Shown piece by piece: positions 47,224-56,996 of a stretch of 64,000 bases of DNA; within the stretch, counting starts at the first letter, position 1; every line of letters begins with the position of its first letter. A program made the translations under genes and the position numbers. The DNA is from Candidatus Daviesbacteria bacterium (GTDB taxonomy: Bacteria; Patescibacteriota; Microgenomatia; Daviesbacterales; UBA10151). The stretch covers positions 602,763-666,762 of the forward strand of contig JACPDA010000004.1 of the NCBI GenBank assembly GCA_016184225.1, written 5' to 3'. A model generated the notes under the pieces. It saw only the letters and a program-made list of their open reading frames with translations. It did no database searches and was not told the origin of the DNA.

Positions 47224-48140
47224 TAACCAGGCTCCAGAGAAGACAAAGAAGAAGGTTTACCCGCTTGGTGTTGCTAGTTTTAGGAATAGCTGCTGTTTCC
47301 TATTTGGCCTTTAACTTTTTTTCCGGAAGCGATAGCAAAAATCCTGTAAAACAAGGTATTTTTTCCGGGCAATCAAAAAATCTTTCCTTAAAAGACACTG
47401 TTAAAAATTCCTTAAAGGAAACTAAAGGTACTTACAGTGTGGTTATTTTAAATCTAAAAACCGGGGAGTCCTACTCTTACAATGAACATCAGAGTTTTGA
47501 AGCAGGCAGCCTGTATAAACTTTGGGTGATGGCAACAGTCTATAGACAGATCCAGGAAGGAAAAATATCGGGTGATGAAACTTTGACCGGAGACATAGCT
47601 TCCTTAAATAAAAAATTTAACATTGCCTCAGATTCAGCAGAGTTTACGCAGGGAGAAATTTCTTTGACAGTAAAAAGCGCCTTAAACCAGATGATCACCA
47701 TTTCCCACAATTATGCTGCCTTAATGCTGACTGAAAGGATAAAATTATCTTCGGTGGCAGCTTTCTTAAAGAAAAACGGGTTTGGGGAGTCTGCGGTAGG
47801 AACCGGCGGCGACTCCCCTAAATCCACGGCCTCTGATATCGGCCTTTTTTATGAAAAGCTCTACAAAGGGGAACTGGCCGGCGAGCAGTACACCTTGGAG
47901 ATGATTGAACTACTAAAAAACCAGCAGCTGGATGAAGGCTTACCAAAATATTTGCCCGCCGGTATAAAGGTGGCAAACAAAACAGGGGATATTGGCTGGT
48001 TTAAACATGACGGCGGAATAGTTTTTTCGGAAAGAGGGGATTATATACTGGTGGTAATGTCGGAAAGCAATTCCCCGGGCGGAGCCCAGGAGAAAATAGC
48101 TGAAATTTCAAAAGCAGTATATGAATATTTTAATAAATGA
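47220..48140 (+). CDS. class A beta-lactamase-like serine hydrolase
   Basis: SLYK, SHN and KTG motifs; N-terminal TM. Confidence 0.88.
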   Translation: MITRLQRRQRRRFTRLVLLVLGIAAVSYLAFNFFSGSDSKNPVKQGIFSGQSKNLSLKDTVKNSLKETKGTYSVVILNLKTGESYSYNEHQSFEAGSLYKLWVMATVYRQIQEGKISGDETLTGDIASLNKKFNIASDSAEFTQGEISLTVKSALNQMITISHNYAALMLTERIKLSSVAAFLKKNGFGESAVGTGGDSPKSTASDIGLFYEKLYKGELAGEQYTLEMIELLKNQQLDEGLPKYLPAGIKVANKTGDIGWFKHDGGIVFSERGDYILVVMSESNSPGGAQEKIAEISKAVYEYFNK

Positions 48141-48182
48141 GGCTTGACTAATAAATGGCTATAAGTTAAAAACGATCATACA

Positions 48183-48716
48183 GTGGTTGAAAAAGTAATT
48201 TACATCAATGATAATTGTCATACGGGCCAACTGCGTGATGCCTCTCATGAATTATTACAGAAAATTTCGTATATTGTAGGCAACTGTAAGGATAATCTTC
48301 AACAGATAGATCCTTCGCTTTCTTCTTTAGTTCCCCCTTTAAAAATAAAGACCGCCCTCTCTTCTGTCAGCTTATCCCCTAGGACTAAGGATTCCTGGAA
48401 TAAGTATGAGAATTGGGTCGTAAAATTAATGGTCTTGGCAGGCGTCATGAGTTATCCACATCGGGCAAATGTAAGAATTCATGAAGTCCTGCAACCAATA
48501 CCATTTCCCCAGACATTTACGGAGGCAGTAGCTTTTTTGGATGAAAACCAATTCAGGGTAAGAGGCTTACTATCTGATGGATTACGAAGATTAGATAGTC
48601 TTAGATGGACTGCTTATGCTTACACCGAAAGCAGGGTCTTAAGAGAAGTTCTATTTGATGGGGTCTGCCTTGCCCCACCTGACAAGAGATTTCTGGTACT
48701 CAGAGAAGCTAAGTAG
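48183..48716 (+). CDS. hypothetical protein
   Basis: 177-aa ORF with a TTGACT promoter-like sequence upstream. Confidence 0.55.
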   Translation: MVEKVIYINDNCHTGQLRDASHELLQKISYIVGNCKDNLQQIDPSLSSLVPPLKIKTALSSVSLSPRTKDSWNKYENWVVKLMVLAGVMSYPHRANVRIHEVLQPIPFPQTFTEAVAFLDENQFRVRGLLSDGLRRLDSLRWTAYAYTESRVLREVLFDGVCLAPPDKRFLVLREAK

Positions 48717-48735
48717 GGGACGCCTGGGGAAGAAA

Positions 48736-49557
48736 TTACTTAGGATCTTCTTCTAATATTTTATTCTCATAAAGGGAATCTGCTATTTGCTCCGAAAGAA
48801 AAATTATCCCGTTTGGGGAAGGGTGGATAAAGTCGTCTTTGGAAAGGTAAAGCACTTGTCCGTCACCATCTTCAGTCAGGGACTCCTCATAAGCATTAAC
48901 CAGGGGGATATTGTGACTTTTGGCATAATCTATATGATTTTTAATATAAGAAATCCTCTCGCCGACCCAGCGGGCTCTATCCTGATCCGATAAATCCAGG
49001 ACCCCTTTGCCAAAAACAAATTTGTTAGGGGCAATGGTAGCTAAAAAAACTATTTTTGAGCGGGGGTTTTCTTTTTTGATTAAACCCACCACCCGATCCA
49101 GTGTTTCAGTTTGTTTTTTTAAACCCTGCTCCAGGGGTAACTGCGACAGGGGATTGTTCCCAAAAGATTCCAGGATTAAAACTTCAAAAGCTATATCTAA
49201 GATTGGCCGAAATTCCCGGTGGTAAAAAGTTTTTTCCGTCAGCCTTTTTTCCACTGATAAAATATTGGTGGAGCCAAATCCATAGTTTAATACCTCAAAA
49301 GTTTTCCCAGGATAATATTTTTTTAAATTTGCCCTTAGTTCATCACTGTTACCTAACCGCTCGGTCATGGAATCACCAACTAAAACAATAGTAAAATCTT
49401 CCGGGTATTTGACTTTTGTCCTGGTGCCTTCTTTGATGCTGACCGGGGCTTTCTTTTCAACTTTCTTCTCAAGGTTTTTGAAAATCAGTTGGGTCAACAC
49501 GAAGAATGGAATTAAGATAACTAATACCAATACCAACGGGACAAAAAATTTCTTCAT
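48736..49557 (-). CDS. SGNH/GDSL hydrolase
   Basis: GDSM, NYGFG, GNN and DFIHP blocks. Confidence 0.85.
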   Translation of the reverse strand: MKKFFVPLVLVLVILIPFFVLTQLIFKNLEKKVEKKAPVSIKEGTRTKVKYPEDFTIVLVGDSMTERLGNSDELRANLKKYYPGKTFEVLNYGFGSTNILSVEKRLTEKTFYHREFRPILDIAFEVLILESFGNNPLSQLPLEQGLKKQTETLDRVVGLIKKENPRSKIVFLATIAPNKFVFGKGVLDLSDQDRARWVGERISYIKNHIDYAKSHNIPLVNAYEESLTEDGDGQVLYLSKDDFIHPSPNGIIFLSEQIADSLYENKILEEDPK

Positions 49558-50006
49558 ACAGCTATGCCAGTATACCAGAAGCCAACCTGGAGATATATCT
49601 TCGGGTTAAGCTGCGGTTATTGAACTGAGTCGAATGGCTCTGCTCAATACATTCAGAACCTATGAATGGACTTATCCCTACCAACCGCTAGATTACAGCT
49701 TCAAATATATGCAGCTTGAGACCTTAACAGCAAAATACAAAGAAAGGCTCAATAATCATGAATTACACCAGGACTTACGCACTTCGTGCCTGAGTGTCAT
49801 TCTGGCTTGTCCAGAATCTGAAGCTAATTTTGAAAACACTGCGTATGTCCTGTTACACCACTAACTTAATGCAGGGTATTTTATGCAGGATATAAGCGGT
49901 CGTATTTTTTAAATTCCCTTCTTACTATCTTCTTTTTGCTACTGCTTTGTCAATTTTTGCGCTTCTTCTTGAAGTTATGGTTATTTTATGAATATACTAA
50001 GTAGCA

Positions 50007-50480
50007 GTGAAAAAACTTTCAAAATTCTTGATTTCAACAATTGGCTGTGAACTGGTAGGGATAGCTGCTACACCTTTTACTATTTCTGCCATTCCAACCT
50101 GGTATCAAACTCTTCAGAAACCTTCATTTTCCCCTCCTAACTGGATCTTTGGGCCTGCCTGGACCATCCTGTATTTTTTAATGGGAGTAGCAGCTTATCT
50201 TGTCTGGATAAAAGGCCTAGAGAAAAGGGGAGTCAAAACAGCTCTTCAGTTTTTCCTGGCCCAGCTGGTATTTAATTTTTTCTGGTCAGTACTGTTTTTT
50301 GGGCTTCATTCTCCAATACTGGGACTAATAGACATACTGATCCTTTGGATCCTGATTTTAATTACCATTATTAAATTCCATAAAATCTCTAAAACTGCCT
50401 CATATCTTTTAATCCCTTATCTTCTCTGGGTCACCTTTGCCACCATCCTTAACTTATCCATAGTCTTACTTAACCCCTAA
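50007..50480 (+). CDS. tspO: TspO/MBR tryptophan-rich protein
   Basis: WYQTLQKPSFSPPNWIFGPAW and LIPYLLWVTFA motifs. Confidence 0.93.
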   Translation: MKKLSKFLISTIGCELVGIAATPFTISAIPTWYQTLQKPSFSPPNWIFGPAWTILYFLMGVAAYLVWIKGLEKRGVKTALQFFLAQLVFNFFWSVLFFGLHSPILGLIDILILWILILITIIKFHKISKTASYLLIPYLLWVTFATILNLSIVLLNP

Positions 50481-50600
50481 ATCCCAGCCTTAATTGTCAT
50501 GGCGCCGTGACAAATTAAAAAATGTATAAGTTTTTCTAATTTCATCAGTAAAATGCTTTAGAAGGTAAAAAATGAAGCAATTTACTGATTTACATACAGG

Positions 50601-50939
50601 TTAAAGTTTTTTTAATAAATCCAATTTACCAATTATCAAAGCTTCTTTTTTAGCTTTTGTCCATTTCTTTAGCTGAAATTCTCTTCTCATAGCTTCAATC
50701 CTTGTTGGGTACTCTTCAGAATAAACAAGATTGAATGATTCAAAGTACTTGATATATTTTGCAGATTTAGTGGTTTTATTTTTATGCTCGATTAGTCTTT
50801 TTTCTAGATTATTTGTTTGTCCAATGTAAAGAGTGTTTGAAGAGGTTCTAAGGATATAAACTGCGTATTTTCCCTTCGATTCACTTCGTGGTTCGATTTC
50901 TCTCACCACTCGTTCACTCAGGGCCTTCGACCTAATCAT
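50601..50939 (-). CDS. small GIY-YIG nuclease (UPF0213-like) with repeat-derived N-terminus
   Basis: VYIL...LYIGQTNNLEKRLIEH...EAMRREFQLKKW. Confidence 0.9.
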   Translation of the reverse strand: MIRSKALSERVVREIEPRSESKGKYAVYILRTSSNTLYIGQTNNLEKRLIEHKNKTTKSAKYIKYFESFNLVYSEEYPTRIEAMRREFQLKKWTKAKKEALIIGKLDLLKKL

Positions 50940-51010
50940 AATCTAAGTATATTATAGTTATGATGGCCATGGCCCTGAGCGAGGTCAATTTATTGAACTT
51001 AGTCGAAGGG

Positions 51011-51083
51011 CTGCCGGGCTAGGATTCGAACCTAGAAATCATCTGTTCCAAAGACAGAGGTCCTACCATTAGACGACCCGGCA
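51011..51083 (-). tRNA. tRNA-Gln(TTG)
   Basis: TGCCGGG/CCCGGCA; TCTGT-CTTTGGA-ACAGA. Confidence 0.93.
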
Positions 51084-51184
51084 ATTTTAGTTTGGATTAG
51101 TTACGTTATACGCTTCGCTGTCTAGCGTCACGAATCATCCATCACGATCTTATGATCAAATATTTAGATTTTCAAGATATCCTG

Positions 51185-51433
51185 TTATACAGGATACACT
51201 TCTGTACCCGGTTTGGTGGGTTTATCGACCTTTAAGCCAAACGAATCTCCTTTTTTGACAGCATCCACACTCTGGTGTTCCACTTGCAGGCTTTCCACCT
51301 TTTGAACGAACTCGCCGTCGCCTCTTTTAAATTTTACCTCCTGGCCCACCTTTATTCCACCGGACTTCAGATCCACAATAGCCACTCCTAACTTATCATA
51401 GAAATGTACAACTTTACCTATCGGTTTATCCAA
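51185..51433 (-). CDS. small beta-barrel protein (U32 C-terminal/EF-Tu domain II-like)
   Basis: IGKVVHFYDKLGVA...GDSFGLKV; SD GGGGTGA. Confidence 0.8.
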   Translation of the reverse strand: MDKPIGKVVHFYDKLGVAIVDLKSGGIKVGQEVKFKRGDGEFVQKVESLQVEHQSVDAVKKGDSFGLKVDKPTKPGTEVYPV

Positions 51434-51543
51434 AAATAATCACCCCCAATCAGGACTACCAGCTTATTATACCTTATTGACACTTTTCTTATTTTATGCC
51501 AACAATGGTAGTAGAGTTTTTCTCAAAAGGGGGTGATTAACAC

Positions 51544-51735
51544 ATGGATACAAAAGCTTTAGTAGGATGGATCGTGGTGATTGGTGCAATCAATTGGGGA
51601 TTAGTAGGGCTCTTGAATTTGAATGTTGTAGAGATGATCTTAGGGGCAGGTTCACTGCTTACCAAAGTGGTTTACATAATAGTAGGTCTGGCTGGAGTTT
51701 GGTCGGCTTACATGATGCTTGGAGGAAAAAAGTAA
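51544..51735 (+). CDS. DUF378 membrane protein
   Basis: IGAINWGLVGL...YIIVGLAG. Confidence 0.9.
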   Translation: MDTKALVGWIVVIGAINWGLVGLLNLNVVEMILGAGSLLTKVVYIIVGLAGVWSAYMMLGGKK

Positions 51736-51760
51736 TTTCCTTCAAACTGGTAATTATTTT

Positions 51761-51792
51761 AAAATCCGGTCGCAAAACGGCCGGATTTTTTT
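51761..51792 (+). terminator. intrinsic terminator
   Basis: AAATCCGGTCG-CAAAA-CGGCCGGATTTTTTT. Confidence 0.75.
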
Positions 51793-51828
51793 GGCATAGA
51801 TAATGTGGTAAAATTTGACTTGTTTTAT

Positions 51829-51901
51829 GCCGCAGTTGCCAACGTGGTCAAGGCGCCTGTCTGAAGAACAGGTTATCTCAGTCCGATTCTGGGCTGCGGC
51901 A
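51829..51901 (+). tRNA. tRNA-Phe(GAA)
   Basis: GCCGCAG/CTGCGGC; CCTGT-CTGAAGA-ACAGG. Confidence 0.9.
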
Positions 51902-51929
51902 CCCGAAGTAGTTTACGAAAACTTCGCTC

Positions 51930-52006
<77 letters not shown>

Positions 52007-52007
52007 T

Positions 52008-52211
52008 CTATTTTCTAAAGAAGTTTAGAATCAGGGTCAGGATTACTGAAGCAATAATGGCTGAAGTAAAGGGAATATAGATCTTGATACCCGGCCTGTC
52101 AATATAAATATCTCCCGGAATCCTGGGAAGACGAGGCATAAAATTAAAAAGAATCCCCAGAATTAAAAATACCACCCCCAGAAGTGAAAATATTTTTCCG
52201 ATGTTTTCCAT
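52008..52211 (-). CDS. DUF2905 membrane protein
   Basis: PRIPGDIYI...YIPFTSAII. Confidence 0.88.
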   Translation of the reverse strand: MENIGKIFSLLGVVFLILGILFNFMPRLPRIPGDIYIDRPGIKIYIPFTSAIIASVILTLILNFFRK

Positions 52212-54053
52212 TTATTTTACCGTCACGCTTTTGGCAATGTTTCTGGGTTTGTCCACATTATGGCCTAACTCCACAGCCATGTAATAGGCCAGAAGCTGCA
52301 AGGGGATAATATTCATGATGGCAGAGGTTTCCCCTGTATCCGGCACCGGAATATAATGGTCAAAGCTGGCATGAGGCTTTGAAGAAATACCAATCACTGT
52401 TGCTCCCCTGGCTTTAACCTGGTTAACAGCATTAATTACATCATCCTTGGCCACATCTTCTGAGAGAACTACCACCACCGGAACCCCTTTTTCCATTAAG
52501 GTAATGGCATAATGTTTCAGGTCTCCGGCCGGAATACCGTGGGCATGGATATACGCCCCCTCAATTATTTTAACCATCCCTTCCTTAACAATATTAAGGT
52601 TTTGGTATTTACCCAGCAGAAAAATATGCTGCTTTTTAGCTAACTCTTTAGCCAGCTTCTTGAGCAAATCGTGATTTCTGCCTGAATTTAAATATTGATC
52701 TATTACCTCAGCTAGTTTTTTTAAATTGACTTTACCCTCTTCACTTTTTCCACTTATCACTTTGGCTAACAAATACCCCCAGGCAATTTGAGAAGTAAAA
52801 ACTTTGGTAGACATGACACAAATTTCCGGCCCGGCGTGTGAAGCAAAAGGATAATCAGAAATCCTACCCATGGTAGAGCCCGGCATATTCACATAAGAGG
52901 CAATTTTTAAGTCCTTTTTCCTGGCAATTTCCAAAACTTCCAACACATCTGCAGTTTCCCCGGACTGGGAAGGAGCAATCATCAGATCATCCTTAGTCAA
53001 AAGTTCATAATACTCATAAATATCTGCCCCAATCACACTTTCTGCCTTAATTTTACCAAATACCCGGAGGTAAAAAGCAATCTGGGATGCGGCAATGCCG
53101 GCTGTACCTGAGCCGATTGTATAAACATTTTCAGCTTTTTTAAGTTGCTTAACAAAATCTTCGTATAATTTGTAATCCTGATTTACCACCTGGCTGACCA
53201 CATAAGGGCTCTCAAAGATTTCTTTCAGCATAAAGTGGTCATAGCCTTCCTTATCCACCTTGCTGCTTTTAAGATTAATCCTTTCGGAACGGCAGAGTAA
53301 GGGTTTGTTGGATCTAATGTCCACCAGGTCAAGCTTGCCATTGTAACTTACCATTTGTCCGTTATCTAAAACAACCACCTTTTTAACGTATGGGGCAAAA
53401 GACAAAGTGTCGGAAGAAAGAAAAACTTCCCCGTCGTTTATTCCGATTACCAAAGGGGATCCGTTCCTGGCAGCCATAATTTGGCCGTCCTTAGCCAAAA
53501 CAATAATGGTATTTCTGCCTTCCAACTCCAAAAAAGCTGCCCTAATAGCCTCTTTCAACCTCTCACCACCTGGAAGGCGGGCTTTGTTCCGTAGGACGTT
53601 CTCTCCTTCCAGGTGAACTAATTTCTCTTCTATTAATCTGACAATGACTTCCGTATCTGTTTCCGACTCAAATTTATAGCCTTTTTTCAGCAAGTCTTTT
53701 TTAAGCTCCTGGTAGTTTTCTACAATACCGTTTTGAGCCAGGGCAAAACTTTTATCAGTAGAAAAGTGGGGATGGGCATTGATTTCGGAGATGCCGCCGT
53801 GAGTAGCCCAGCGGGTGTGACCGATACCAGTTGAAGAGTGATGAGTGTTAAGTGAGAAGTGGGAAGTCAAATCACCTATAGCACCAATACGCTTTTCTAA
53901 TTTTATCCCAGACTTTGCACTTTGCCCTTTGCACTCTTCACTTATTATGGCAATACCCCAGGAATCATAACCCCGGTATTCCAGCCTTTTTAAGCCTTCC
54001 AGGATCACTTCAGGGGCATTTTTCGGGCCGGAGTAACCAAAGATGCCGCACAT
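52212..54053 (-). CDS. glmS: glutamine-fructose-6-phosphate aminotransferase
   Basis: MCGIFG, EYRGYDS, GHTRWATHG, SQSGETAD and PRNIAKSVTV motifs; three inserts. Confidence 0.97.
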   Translation of the reverse strand: MCGIFGYSGPKNAPEVILEGLKRLEYRGYDSWGIAIISEECKGQSAKSGIKLEKRIGAIGDLTSHFSLNTHHSSTGIGHTRWATHGGISEINAHPHFSTDKSFALAQNGIVENYQELKKDLLKKGYKFESETDTEVIVRLIEEKLVHLEGENVLRNKARLPGGERLKEAIRAAFLELEGRNTIIVLAKDGQIMAARNGSPLVIGINDGEVFLSSDTLSFAPYVKKVVVLDNGQMVSYNGKLDLVDIRSNKPLLCRSERINLKSSKVDKEGYDHFMLKEIFESPYVVSQVVNQDYKLYEDFVKQLKKAENVYTIGSGTAGIAASQIAFYLRVFGKIKAESVIGADIYEYYELLTKDDLMIAPSQSGETADVLEVLEIARKKDLKIASYVNMPGSTMGRISDYPFASHAGPEICVMSTKVFTSQIAWGYLLAKVISGKSEEGKVNLKKLAEVIDQYLNSGRNHDLLKKLAKELAKKQHIFLLGKYQNLNIVKEGMVKIIEGAYIHAHGIPAGDLKHYAITLMEKGVPVVVVLSEDVAKDDVINAVNQVKARGATVIGISSKPHASFDHYIPVPDTGETSAIMNIIPLQLLAYYMAVELGHNVDKPRNIAKSVTVK

Positions 54054-54062
54054 ATTAAAGGA

Positions 54063-54908
54063 TTATATCATGGGTGAAGCCAATAAGTTTGCTCCATCTG
54101 TAGGACCCCACCTACTCCTAATCTTCATCAGATTACCTCCCTTACAAAGCTCATAAGTCCTATAACCTAGTTCCTCTAGTAAGGATAGACAATCCTCAGT
54201 TTTCTGACCATCTTTTCTTCCGAAATTACCCGCCTCAAAAATAACCTCTACTTTATGACGTTTTAAAGTCTGAACTGATCCGGCAAGAATTGCCCGTTCG
54301 GAATTTTCCGCATCAATCTTAACTATATTGGGAACAATTCCTGTCTCAGATACAAACTGATCCAGTGTAGTCGTCTGGACTTGGACTTGCCGACTCCTAG
54401 GAGACCTATGCCAACGGGGATTTCCCAAAGTATTTATATCTGAATGTTTCCAACCAAAATCTCGCATTTGGACAACCCCGACAGAATCTGACAATGCTAT
54501 CTGCTGCGGCTCAGTATTCCAGCGCCGGCTATTCACCTCCAGGATTTGAAATGTAGCCGGGCTAGGTTCGAAAGAAATAACTCTTCCCTTATCACCGACT
54601 GCCTCTTTCAAAAAGGCAGTTTTTATCCCGAAGTGGGCACCGACATCAAAAGCCACCATACCCGGAGCAACAGTCTGATAAATATAATCCGTAATCTCCG
54701 GATCAAAATCTCCTTTTAAATAAGCCCAAGCTGCCACCGGAGACGGTAGAACCATTCTAGCCTGATAGCCATTATTAAGCACTATCTCTTTTTCAACAGG
54801 TAGGTTCAGGACGTAACGCAAAAGAATTTCTGCAACCTTTACAGGTTGTCTGGTCATTTCTTCCCACAAAACTTGTCTAAATCTAACTATTGGTTCAACT
54901 TCCGACAT
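54063..54908 (-). CDS. FkbM-family methyltransferase
   Basis: FDVGAHFG, FEP, TLD and KIDAE motifs. Confidence 0.88.
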   Translation of the reverse strand: MSEVEPIVRFRQVLWEEMTRQPVKVAEILLRYVLNLPVEKEIVLNNGYQARMVLPSPVAAWAYLKGDFDPEITDYIYQTVAPGMVAFDVGAHFGIKTAFLKEAVGDKGRVISFEPSPATFQILEVNSRRWNTEPQQIALSDSVGVVQMRDFGWKHSDINTLGNPRWHRSPRSRQVQVQTTTLDQFVSETGIVPNIVKIDAENSERAILAGSVQTLKRHKVEVIFEAGNFGRKDGQKTEDCLSLLEELGYRTYELCKGGNLMKIRSRWGPTDGANLLASPMI

Positions 54909-54970
54909 TTAGCCCTTTCCAATAGATATATTATACCTTATAGTCTTATCAAAGAGCAAGTCATTCTTTA

Positions 54971-55046
54971 TGGTGGGCAGTGAGGGATTCGGACCCCCGA
55001 CATCTACAGTGTAAATGTAGCGCTCTACCAACTGAGCTAACTGCCC
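54971..55046 (-). tRNA. tRNA-Val(TAC)
   Basis: CTACA-TTTACAC-TGTAG; encoded CCA. Confidence 0.94.
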
Positions 55047-55229
55047 GCTTGCTAATTATATACTCTCTTTGCTCTCATAGCGAGAACTTCCAACCCCTGG
55101 TGTTGAATAGCTTCCAACCTCAGGATTTTCCAATAGGACATACTCTTACTCCTACTCCAAAAAACAGCCGATCATAATCTTCAGATTCAGTTTGCTCAGT
55201 TTCCGACTAAGTGGTAAAATTGAGCCGCG

Positions 55230-56681
55230 ATGGAGAATGAACCATCTGTCATCCGTCCCAATAAAATTAATTGGCCGGACCACGTCACACCCCAACATCT
55301 ATTAAGAATGGTGGAACTCTGCAATCTCAAAAACACCCGGGTGGTGGTGGCCGACGAGATCGAAACGGAAGGGTTGGTTTTACGAGGTGCAATTGAACAA
55401 AGATTTGGCAGCCAAGATTATCAGTTGCCGATGGTTAATGCCTATGCGCGGATTGGACAAGAGATCCGTCATGCCGATGATGGTTTGAGGGTTTGGCAAA
55501 GAGAACTGGGACGGGGAAATTTTATTCCTATCAATACCACAAGACAAAGATATCTCCGTTTACTCCTCAATGATCCTAAAGGTTTTGAATTTTTAAAGAG
55601 ATCCATTCTGGAAAAAAGTGATAACGGAGAACTTTCGCTTTCCGAAATTGAAGGTTTTGCCGCCGGCGCCCGCAGGTACTGTCAATTTTATGAGGTTTTA
55701 ATTGCTGCCGGGGTTAAGCCAAAGGAGTTAGAAGAAAGAAGATTTTACCCGCAAATAGCCGGCGGGGCAAGGCCGCTTTTGCATCGCCGTGAGGATATCC
55801 CGAAGGAAGGAGAATATACCGTAGTTGAAGAAATCGTTAAAGACGGAATTTTGGTAGACGAACGTGGTTATTATCATGTTTTTTGGGGTAAAAGTCATTA
55901 TTATTTTCAAGATTTTCAAGCGGTTCTTTACAATCATGATCGGGTAATTGAGAATTTGCAGGGCACCTTAATCACAGTTCAAAATGACGTCCACAGGGTT
56001 TTGGAAATTGAGGGTGAAATTCCTCAGGTGATTCGCTTTGCTCACCGCCTTTCTTTCATTTCGGCCGGCTTGCGTAACGTCAGTTTACATTCTCCGCAAA
56101 CCCGCCGACAGCTTTTAGGAGAATTAAGTCAACTTAAAGACGAGATTGGTCAGGTACGAAATGAGCTTAAAAAGCAAGGCAGGGATAAAATTTTGGCAGC
56201 ACTTGCGTCTGCAAAACCGGAAGCGGCCAGACAACAAGTTCAGCAATCAGCCAGGGATTTTCTGGAGAGAGCCTCTGATGCCGCCGCCAAACTTGAGGGA
56301 GCGGTTCAGAGAGAAGAAATACTTCTTAGAAAGCGGAATAGATGGGAAGAAAGGATTGAAGATAGTTTTCGAATTTTGGGAAACTATTTATGGCAACTTG
56401 AAGAAAGGAAACATCCGACACCCCGGTGGCTTAATAGTTTGAGCTTACAAACTGCCGCCGGGCCGAAAAATATTTTGGCGGACCTGCAGGGGATTCCCGG
56501 TCAACCCTATAAAGGCCGAATGGAACAGCCGGAAATCAGACGTTTAGCGGAAATCCCTGATGTAATTGCAAGAAATGATTTTTTATCCGCTAAAAGAATC
56601 TTAAACGAGGCAATTTTAATGTTGAGCCGCGTTGTAAAAGAAAAAGCCGAAAGAGAGCGCGCGGCAGAAAATACCTCTTAA
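55230..56681 (+). CDS. hypothetical helical protein
   Basis: 483-aa ORF; TGGTAAAAT upstream; no recognised motif. Confidence 0.7.
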   Translation: MENEPSVIRPNKINWPDHVTPQHLLRMVELCNLKNTRVVVADEIETEGLVLRGAIEQRFGSQDYQLPMVNAYARIGQEIRHADDGLRVWQRELGRGNFIPINTTRQRYLRLLLNDPKGFEFLKRSILEKSDNGELSLSEIEGFAAGARRYCQFYEVLIAAGVKPKELEERRFYPQIAGGARPLLHRREDIPKEGEYTVVEEIVKDGILVDERGYYHVFWGKSHYYFQDFQAVLYNHDRVIENLQGTLITVQNDVHRVLEIEGEIPQVIRFAHRLSFISAGLRNVSLHSPQTRRQLLGELSQLKDEIGQVRNELKKQGRDKILAALASAKPEAARQQVQQSARDFLERASDAAAKLEGAVQREEILLRKRNRWEERIEDSFRILGNYLWQLEERKHPTPRWLNSLSLQTAAGPKNILADLQGIPGQPYKGRMEQPEIRRLAEIPDVIARNDFLSAKRILNEAILMLSRVVKEKAERERAAENTS

Positions 56682-56735
56682 TTAGACAGTAATCCTTCTT
56701 GACTTCCAACTTAAAGTATTCTAAATTTAGAGAAT

Positions 56736-56996
56736 ATGGCAAGTAACAGGGAACGGTTAGTTGTTACACCGGGACAGGAACCACAATGTGAGGGATGCCC
56801 GCACAAGCTTAAAGATAGATCTAAAAACGATGGTTATTCTTGTAAAAAAGTCCTTATAACACCATTTGGAGCTGTGCTCTTCAGTCCAAAAATGACTGAG
56901 GATGCCAGCGGCTCACTTGTCTGTAACGGCTACAGACCAAGCTTATCAACACTCATAAATAATTGGGTTGGTAGGGCCTCGAGCCGACTAACCTAG
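56736..56996 (+). CDS. small Cys-containing hypothetical protein
   Basis: CxxC...C...C pattern; TTGACT-17-TATTCT upstream. Confidence 0.55.
   Translation: MASNRERLVVTPGQEPQCEGCPHKLKDRSKNDGYSCKKVLITPFGAVLFSPKMTEDASGSLVCNGYRPSLSTLINNWVGRASSRLT

Noticed and set aside
47220-48140. Antibiotic-resistance beta-lactamase
   Set aside because: It is membrane-anchored and no class A omega-loop ExxLN motif is visible; more likely a cell-wall serine hydrolase.
54054-54062. glmS ribozyme
   Set aside because: Only 9 nt separate glmS from the upstream gene, leaving no room for it.
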